A stretch of DNA of 62,792 nt, filler included. It is 4 parts of 4 records of this genome, joined end to end, with 100 filler letters (N's around TTAATTAATTAA, not from the genome) between each part and the next. Parts side by side here need not be neighbours in the genome. Positions count along the whole stretch, not along the records: positions 55,215 to 62,792 come from SRR20825019_1877; 3 more parts are not named here. The stretch is one strand, 5' to 3'. A model generated the notes under the pieces. That model made no database searches. It saw nothing but the letters and a program-made list of their open reading frames with translations, and was not told the origin of the DNA. The position numbers and the translations under genes were made by a program. Of this stretch, positions 56,357-62,792 are shown one piece after another (the first letter of the stretch is position 1; each line of letters starts with the position of its first letter).

Positions 56357-57161
56357 AATGAAAAATTTGAAGTGTTAAATATGCAAATGGAGCAGCAAAT
56401 ATTAAGCTGTCAAGTCTGTCTAATAATCCGCCATGTCCAGGTAAAATAGCGCCGCTATCTTTTACGCCAGCCAAACGTTTAAATTTGGATTCTACTAAGT
56501 CTCCAATAGATCCAGTTACCACCACAACAATGGCTAAGATTAACCATTGTTGTAAATTAAGTTCCTCGCTATAGCAATATAAAACATACGCTGCAACTAA
56601 GGCAAATAGTAATCCGCCAACAAAACCTTCGATAGTTTTTTTAGGGGAAACACTTGGGAAAAGCTTATTTCTTCCGATACTCTTACCTACTAAATAAGCA
56701 AAAGAATCGTTTACCCATATCAATATAAAAATACCAATTATTAAAGACTTAGCAAAATGCTGAGCTTGGTATGGAATCATGGTTAAAAAGATACATCCTC
56801 CACCTATATAACAAAGAGTGATAATAAATTTTTGGGTATTTGAATAATCTAATTTTCGTTTAGAGTAAAGTCGTCCAATTAAAACAATATTAACTGCAAT
56901 GCAAATAACGAGAAGTATGATTCTAAGTATTTCTTGTTGATCTATTTCGCCTAAGAGATATATAAAAACCCACCAAAAAGCTAAAAAAGCTAGAAAGATA
57001 TAATAACCACTTAGTCTAATAATTTTTTTGAATTCATAAATACAAGTAATTCCAAAAATTAGAAAGAGGAAATCAAAAGCATCATTACTAAGAAATACTG
57101 CTGCTAATAGTAAAAAAACATAGAGAATACCTGTTAAGGCACGTTTAAGAAGTTCTTTCAC
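56346..57161 (-). CDS. cdsA: Phosphatidate cytidylyltransferase
   Basis: SPKKTIEG, GDLVESKFKR and KDSGAILPGHGGLLDRLDS. Confidence 0.95.
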   Translation of the reverse strand: MKELLKRALTGILYVFLLLAAVFLSNDAFDFLFLIFGITCIYEFKKIIRLSGYYIFLAFLAFWWVFIYLLGEIDQQEILRIILLVICIAVNIVLIGRLYSKRKLDYSNTQKFIITLCYIGGGCIFLTMIPYQAQHFAKSLIIGIFILIWVNDSFAYLVGKSIGRNKLFPSVSPKKTIEGFVGGLLFALVAAYVLYCYSEELNLQQWLILAIVVVVTGSIGDLVESKFKRLAGVKDSGAILPGHGGLLDRLDSLIFAAPFAYLTLQIFHYVS

Positions 57162-57206
57162 ACAGTTAGGTTTAAGTTGTTTATATTGTTGCTCTTTTAA
57201 TAAGGA

Positions 57207-57815
57207 TTATAAATCCTCAAGAAGCAGCAAATATAAGTTTTTTGAACTACTTCCGTAAGTAAGAAAATCATTTTCTTCTTTTATGCTAAAGTGCTTAATA
57301 GTAGTTATGTTTGTGGGAATCTGATTTTTATTTTTATTCTTAATACCTCTTAATCCTTCTCCAATTGTGTCTACAAGCTGACTTGTAGTGGCGAAGATTA
57401 TAAAATTATCAGGTAAATCGTTTAATTTACTTTCTTTTATTTGATTAGAAGAGATAAGAATTGCACCGTTGTCTGCAACTAAATTCTCACAAGGAGATAA
57501 TAGTAGTGTTGCATTCTGACACGTATTGCTTTTGCTGAAATTATATTTTTGAAATGTAGTGCTTAATTTAGAATCAATGCAACAAACTTGTTCTTGGGTC
57601 CAATTATTTTCAGAAAGGATGCTATTAAAACAATCGTAAATTTCTTCAATAGAGTCACAATACAAGAATTTACCACCATTTTTTTTGAAATTGATTGTAA
57701 ATTTTTCGTCTGTTGGAAGCTTTATTTCTGGCATAAACTTTCCTCTTTGATCAGTTCCTGTACCAGAAGCTTCCTGTTTTTGTTTTGATCCGAAAAGTTT
57801 TTTAAATAAGCTCAT
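57207..57815 (-). CDS. LUD (lactate utilization) domain protein
   Basis: FKKNGGKFLYC, CENLVADNGAILISS and IPTNITTI, in the position typical of Bacteroidota between ftsH and cdsA. Confidence 0.78.
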   Translation of the reverse strand: MSLFKKLFGSKQKQEASGTGTDQRGKFMPEIKLPTDEKFTINFKKNGGKFLYCDSIEEIYDCFNSILSENNWTQEQVCCIDSKLSTTFQKYNFSKSNTCQNATLLLSPCENLVADNGAILISSNQIKESKLNDLPDNFIIFATTSQLVDTIGEGLRGIKNKNKNQIPTNITTIKHFSIKEENDFLTYGSSSKNLYLLLLEDL

Positions 57816-57894
57816 TCTTAATTTAATGGGGGAGTTATTTTATTGTTTATGCTATTAATATATAAAAGTATGAAATTATTAACTATAACGTAGA

Positions 57895-57928
57895 AAACGG
57901 GGGTAAATTTTATAAACTACCCCCGTTT
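57895..57928 (-). terminator. Rho-independent terminator after ftsH
   Basis: Stem AAACGGGGGTA/TACCCCCGTTT starting 7 nt after the ftsH stop, ending in a T-run on the minus strand. Confidence 0.75.
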
Positions 57929-57935
57929 GTATAAA

Positions 57936-59900
57936 TTAATTTTCTAGTAACTTTTTTTCTGGACCTTCTTCAAGGTCTCTTCCAAAAGGTCTTTTTCCGA
58001 AAATTCGTTCTAAATCGTCTTTAAAAATCACCTCTTTCTCAAGCAAGTGTTCTGCTAGCTCTGTTAATTTATCTTTATTGTCTTCTAAAAGTTTTACAGC
58101 TCTTACGTATTGAGCTTCAATAATTTTAGAGATTTCTTTATCGATAAGTTGAGCAGTTTCCTCACTATAAGGTTTTGAGAAATTATAGTCTGTTTGTCCG
58201 CTTGAATCATAATAAGTTAAATTTCCTATTTTTTCATTCAATCCGTAAATAGTAACCATAGCTCTAGCTTGCTTAGTTACCTTCTCAAGGTCGCTAAGAG
58301 CGCCTGTAGAAATTCTGTCGAACATTACTTTTTCTGCAGCTCTTCCTCCTAAAGCGGCACACATTTCGTCTGCCATTTGTTCAGGATGAACAATTAAGCG
58401 CTCTTCTGGTAAATACCATGCGGCACCTAAGCTTTGTCCTCTAGGAACAATAGTAACTTTTACAAGGGGAGCGGCGTGTTCTAACATCCAACTAACTGTT
58501 GCGTGTCCAGCTTCGTGGAATGCAATAGTTTTTTTCTCGGTTGGAGTAATAATTTTATTTTTCTTTTCTAAACCTCCTACAATTCTATCTACTGCATCTA
58601 AGAAAGATTGTTTGTCTACTGCTTTTTTACCATTTCTAGCAGCAATTAGAGCAGCTTCATTACAAACATTTGCAATATCAGCTCCTGAGAAGCCAGGAGT
58701 TTGTTTAGCTAAAAACTCTGGATCTAAAGCTTCAGAAGTTTTAATAGGTCGTAAATGAACTTCAAAAATCTCTTTACGCTCACGAACGTCTGGTAGGTCT
58801 ACATATATTTGGCGGTCAAAACGACCAGCTCTCATTAATGCTTTATCTAAAATATCTGCACGGTTGGTAGCGGCCAAAACAATTACATTAGTATTGGTTC
58901 CAAAACCATCCATTTCGGTTAGCAATTGATTTAGAGTGTTTTCACGCTCATCATTACTACCAGTCATATTATTTTTTCCTCTAGCTCTTCCGATTGCATC
59001 AATCTCATCAATAAAGATAATTGCCGGAGATTTATCTTTAGCTTGTTTAAATAAATCACGAACTCTAGAAGCCCCAACTCCTACAAACATTTCCACAAAA
59101 TCCGAACCAGATAAAGAGAAAAAAGGAACCTTTGCTTCTCCAGCTACTGCTTTTGCTAATAAGGTTTTACCTGTACCAGGAGAACCTACTAATAAAGCAC
59201 CTTTTGGGATTTTACCTCCTAGCGAAGTATATTTTTCAGGGTTTTTAAGGAAATCTACAATTTCTTGCACTTCCTCTTTTGCACCTTCCAATCCAGCTAC
59301 GTCTTTAAACGTTACTTTCATATCTGTTTTTTCGTCAAACAAGCGTGCTTTAGATTTTCCAATATTAAATATTTGTCCGCCAGCACCACCTGCGCCTCCA
59401 CCAGACATTCTTCTCATAAGGAATAACCAGATACCAATTATTAGTACAAATGGTAATAACGAAAGTAGTAAATCGCCAAAAGCGTTAGATTCTGTATCAT
59501 ATCCTACGGATGTTGATAAGTTATCTTCGGTGATGGTTTTTTTAATATCATTCTCAAAATTCTGAAGATCTCCATAGTTTAATATGTATTGAGGAACTTG
59601 AGAAGTAGAGGGGATGATGGATTTATCCGCTGTTTTTTTATGAATCTCTTTATCTTGAGCTTCTTTTGTTAGATAGACTCTTGCCTGTCTAATGTTTGTA
59701 ATAATTTCAACTTTACTAACATCTCCATCTTTAAGGAATTCTTGCAATTTTGCAGGAGTAATATCTGGGGGTGTTTGCCAGCTACTACCTCCAGAGAAAA
59801 ACTGTAGACCGATGATGAAAACTAAAATAGCTCCGTAAATCCAGTACGAACTGAATTTAGGTTTTTTAGGGCTTGAATTGTTGTTATTTTCTTTTGCCAT
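57936..59900 (-). CDS. ftsH: ATP-dependent zinc metalloprotease FtsH
   Basis: Two TM helices, Walker A GSPGTGKT, Walker B IFIDEID, SRH, and the HEAGH zinc motif. Confidence 0.97.
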   Translation of the reverse strand: MAKENNNNSSPKKPKFSSYWIYGAILVFIIGLQFFSGGSSWQTPPDITPAKLQEFLKDGDVSKVEIITNIRQARVYLTKEAQDKEIHKKTADKSIIPSTSQVPQYILNYGDLQNFENDIKKTITEDNLSTSVGYDTESNAFGDLLLSLLPFVLIIGIWLFLMRRMSGGGAGGAGGQIFNIGKSKARLFDEKTDMKVTFKDVAGLEGAKEEVQEIVDFLKNPEKYTSLGGKIPKGALLVGSPGTGKTLLAKAVAGEAKVPFFSLSGSDFVEMFVGVGASRVRDLFKQAKDKSPAIIFIDEIDAIGRARGKNNMTGSNDERENTLNQLLTEMDGFGTNTNVIVLAATNRADILDKALMRAGRFDRQIYVDLPDVRERKEIFEVHLRPIKTSEALDPEFLAKQTPGFSGADIANVCNEAALIAARNGKKAVDKQSFLDAVDRIVGGLEKKNKIITPTEKKTIAFHEAGHATVSWMLEHAAPLVKVTIVPRGQSLGAAWYLPEERLIVHPEQMADEMCAALGGRAAEKVMFDRISTGALSDLEKVTKQARAMVTIYGLNEKIGNLTYYDSSGQTDYNFSKPYSEETAQLIDKEISKIIEAQYVRAVKLLEDNKDKLTELAEHLLEKEVIFKDDLERIFGKRPFGRDLEEGPEKKLLEN

Positions 59901-60010
59901 TAATTTTTTCTTATTCAACCCAAATATGGGTATTATATTTCGTTAATAACGAAAAATGTTTATTTTTAATTCACCTTAATAATTGTGAAAACTCTAGAAA
60001 GCTAAATTGC

Positions 60011-60376
60011 TTAGTTTGAGATTGCGGTTACTTTTGCGTCTCCCCATAATCCTTCGATATCGTAATATTCTCTTACATGTTTTTGGAAAACATGCACCAC
60101 TACATTTACATAGTCCATAAGCACCCATTCGGCATTGTCTGTACCTTCTATGTGCCAAGGCTTGTCTTTAATTTCGCGACTAACAATTTTTTGTATGGAA
60201 TTTACGATGGCATTTACTTGAGTGTTCGAAGTACCATTACAGATTATAAAGTAATCACAAACCGTATTCTCAATATCTCTTAGGTCTAAAATATTTACGT
60301 CATTACCCTTAACCTCTTCAATTCCTTTTAAGATAAATGTTATTAATTGATCTGTGCTACTATTCGTTTTTGCCAT
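60011..60376 (-). CDS. rsfS: Ribosome silencing factor
   Basis: DYFIICNGTSNTQVNAI, WVLMDYVNVVVHVF and REYYDIEGLWGD. Confidence 0.95.
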   Translation of the reverse strand: MAKTNSSTDQLITFILKGIEEVKGNDVNILDLRDIENTVCDYFIICNGTSNTQVNAIVNSIQKIVSREIKDKPWHIEGTDNAEWVLMDYVNVVVHVFQKHVREYYDIEGLWGDAKVTAISN

Positions 60377-60394
60377 TAAAAATTTTTATTTTCA

Positions 60395-60402
60395 CAAAGT
60401 TA
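60395..60402 (-). promoter_or_regulatory. Bacteroidota -7 promoter element for rsfS(-ftsH)
   Basis: TAACTTTG matches the TAnnTTTG consensus, 18 nt upstream of the rsfS ATG. Confidence 0.55.
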
Positions 60403-60467
60403 TTATTTTTTTAGTTTTTGAACTATTCAAATTAACATAACATTACATATTTAATGTAGTTATTTCT

Positions 60468-61199
60468 ATGAATTTAATCAAACTTGATGCCATCGATTCT
60501 ACAAATTCTTTTTTAAGACGCTTAGCAGCGCATAAAGAATTGGAAGATTACACTATTGTTACTACCGAAAAACAAAATGAAGGAAGGGGTCAAATGGGGA
60601 CGCAATGGGTGTCCGAACCGGGGAAAAACCTTACTTTTAGTGTATATAAGAAAATTAATTGCTTGCAAAAAGAGGAGCAATTTTACCTGAGTATGGCTAT
60701 CTCTTTAGCTATTTATGATGCATTAACTTATTTTGGAATTCCACATTTAAAAATAAAATGGCCTAACGACATTTTGTCAGCAAATAGTAAAATATGCGGT
60801 ATTTTAATTGAAAGTATCATTAAAAAGGGAGAAATGAGTGCTTCCATTATTGGTATTGGTCTTAATTTGAATCAAACAAACTTTGATGGCGTAACCAATG
60901 CTTCTTCTCTAAAATGTTTAACTGGGGTGTTTTATAATAAGGAAGAGGTATTGTTAAAAATAATAGAGCATATTAAAAAATATGAAGAGTGGGTTATTAA
61001 CCGACAGTTATTTAAAATAAAAGAAACCTTTGAGAGTCAGCTTTTTCGTAAAGATAAACCTTCTACGTTTAAACTTAAAAATGGAGATTTAATAATGGGG
61101 TTTATAAAAGGAGTAGCCAATAATGGCTGTTTAATAGTATTATTGGAAGATGAAGTTTTAAAAGAATTTGATTTAAAAGAGTTGAAGTTGCTTTATTAA
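60468..61199 (+). CDS. birA: Biotin--[acetyl-CoA-carboxylase] ligase (no N-terminal HTH)
   Basis: IDSTN, QNEGRGQMG, IKWPND, KICGILIE and IGIGLN. Confidence 0.93.
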   Translation: MNLIKLDAIDSTNSFLRRLAAHKELEDYTIVTTEKQNEGRGQMGTQWVSEPGKNLTFSVYKKINCLQKEEQFYLSMAISLAIYDALTYFGIPHLKIKWPNDILSANSKICGILIESIIKKGEMSASIIGIGLNLNQTNFDGVTNASSLKCLTGVFYNKEEVLLKIIEHIKKYEEWVINRQLFKIKETFESQLFRKDKPSTFKLKNGDLIMGFIKGVANNGCLIVLLEDEVLKEFDLKELKLLY

Positions 61200-61208
61200 A
61201 AGAAGTTT

Positions 61209-61973
61209 TTAGTTGTCTTTGATGTAAATTTCTCTCACTTTTTTAAATAAATCAGAGGAATATACAAAACTAGTAACCGCTTCATTATCGGTTCTAAATA
61301 TTTCTTTATTGGTTCCTTCCCATTCTTTTAACCCATCTTTTAGGAATACAATTTTTTCGCCAATTTCCATAACAGAATTCATATCATGCGTATTAATTAC
61401 TGTTGTGATATCAAATTCTTGAGTAATTTCTTGAATTAATTGGTCAATAATAATAGCTGTTTTCGGATCTAAACCAGAATTGGGTTCATCACAAAAAAGA
61501 TATTTCGGGCGATTTACAATTGCGCGAGCAATAGCAACACGTTTCTGCATTCCACCAGAGATTTCAGAAGGTAATTTTTTGTGTGCATCTATTAATCGTA
61601 CTCTTTCTAAGACTTCGTCAACACGATCTTTCATTTCATTTCTTGGAAACTTTGAAAACATTCTAAGCGGAAACATTACATTTTCTTCTACCGTCATCGA
61701 ATCAAAAAGTGCACTTCCTTGAAATACCATGCCCATTTCTTGTCTAAGATCTGTTTTTTGGTCGTCGTCCAATTCAGAATAAATACGGTCATTATAAATA
61801 ATATTACCTTGATTTGGTTGATGAAGACCTAATAAACATTTCAAAAAAACAGTTTTTCCAGATCCACTTTGCCCGATAATAAGATTTGTTTTTCCCTTAT
61901 CAAAGCATGTGGAAATCCCTTTTAATACTTCAGTGTCCCCAAAAGATTTATGTACATTCTCTACTTTTATCAT
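61209..61973 (-). CDS. ABC transporter ATP-binding protein, MlaF-like
   Basis: GQSGSGKT, ISGGMQKRVAIAR and DEPNSGLDP. The ATG overlaps the upstream stop (TAATG). Confidence 0.92.
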   Translation of the reverse strand: MIKVENVHKSFGDTEVLKGISTCFDKGKTNLIIGQSGSGKTVFLKCLLGLHQPNQGNIIYNDRIYSELDDDQKTDLRQEMGMVFQGSALFDSMTVEENVMFPLRMFSKFPRNEMKDRVDEVLERVRLIDAHKKLPSEISGGMQKRVAIARAIVNRPKYLFCDEPNSGLDPKTAIIIDQLIQEITQEFDITTVINTHDMNSVMEIGEKIVFLKDGLKEWEGTNKEIFRTDNEAVTSFVYSSDLFKKVREIYIKDN

Positions 61974-62710
61974 TATCCAAGCAACATTTGAGTTAATAAA
62001 TAATTCGCAATAATAATGGCTACACTGGTCCACACAAAAGAGGAAGTACTTGCTTTTCCTACTTCTAAAGCTCCTCCTTTCATGTAATAACCATAAAACG
62101 AAGGGATTGTAGCTAGAATAAAGGCAAAAACAATAGTTTTAATAAAAGCATAAACTACATGGAAAGTATCAAAATCTACTTGTAGACCTCTTATAAATTC
62201 GGCACTCGTACTATATCCTCCAAAAACTACAGCCATCCAACCTCCTAAAATCCCCATATACATTGCAATTGCAATTACAAATGGATAGAGTAGCAGTGCT
62301 ATAATTTTAGGAAACACCAAATAGTTTAAAGAGTTTACCCCCATAACTTCTAGGGCATCAATTTGTTCTGTAACACGCATAGTTCCAATACTGGAAGTAA
62401 TATAAGAACCTACTTTTCCTGCCATAATTATAGAGGTAAAGGTAGGTGCAAACTCTAGAATAACCGATTGCCGAGTTGTAAAACCAATAAGATATTTAGG
62501 AATTAAAGGGTTGTCTATATTTAAAGCTGTTTGTATTGCAACAACACCTCCAATGAAGAACGAAATAAAAATTATAATACCTAAAGACCCATAAATTAAA
62601 TCGTCAATCTCTTTATAAATAAGTCTTTTAAGGATGCTCCACTTTGTAGGTCTGCTAAAAACTTCTTTTAGCATTATAAAATACCGACCAATATTTTCAA
62701 GGTATATCAT
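61973..62710 (-). CDS. MlaE family ABC transporter permease
   Basis: LEFAPT, IGTMRVTEQIDALEVMG and GGALEVGKAST. Confidence 0.93.
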   Translation of the reverse strand: MIYLENIGRYFIMLKEVFSRPTKWSILKRLIYKEIDDLIYGSLGIIIFISFFIGGVVAIQTALNIDNPLIPKYLIGFTTRQSVILEFAPTFTSIIMAGKVGSYITSSIGTMRVTEQIDALEVMGVNSLNYLVFPKIIALLLYPFVIAIAMYMGILGGWMAVVFGGYSTSAEFIRGLQVDFDTFHVVYAFIKTIVFAFILATIPSFYGYYMKGGALEVGKASTSSFVWTSVAIIIANYLLTQMLLG

Positions 62711-62792
62711 GTATCAATTATCGAACAGCTAAAGTAAAAAAATAAAATCACATCTCTTTTAACCTACATTTAAAGTTCTAAAAAAATTAAAT

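Overview
This window is four unrelated contig pieces joined by artificial 100-nt N/TTAATTAATTAA spacers, so it is not one locus. Pieces 1 (1-20945) and 2 (21046-46896) come from a compact eukaryote, probably a flagellated protist. It has 46-61 nt GT-AG introns and GC-rich islands upstream of genes. Its genes are: gamma-glutamyltranspeptidase, a ~2000-aa coiled-coil protein, a CCDC81-like protein, an IPT/TIG protein, a SNF2/BRM-type remodeller, a cystatin-cathepsin B-EGF fusion, a small Tim chaperone missing from the ORF track, a UBE2T-like E2, a PKD2/TRPP channel, a beta-carbonic anhydrase, a single-domain voltage-gated channel, a WD40 protein and a fungal-type type I fatty acid synthase (FAS) with tandem ACPs. 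Piece 3 (46997-55114) is GC-rich and probably alphaproteobacterial. It holds a complete ISKra4-family element that truncates an SDR gene, followed by a TetR/AKR/GST/AraC/SDR redox cluster. Piece 4 (55215-62792) is a Flavobacteriaceae-type housekeeping region (ACBP, psd, cdsA, LUD, ftsH, rsfS, birA, mlaF, mlaE). The most striking unexplained structure is an array of three 33-nt hairpins just downstream of FAS (40806-41045). They have covarying 11-bp stems, a conserved C-rich loop, and G-U pairs that form only on the FAS-sense strand. This is a candidate undescribed cis-regulatory RNA element or ncRNA. All gene models and family calls were made by eye, with no database searches.
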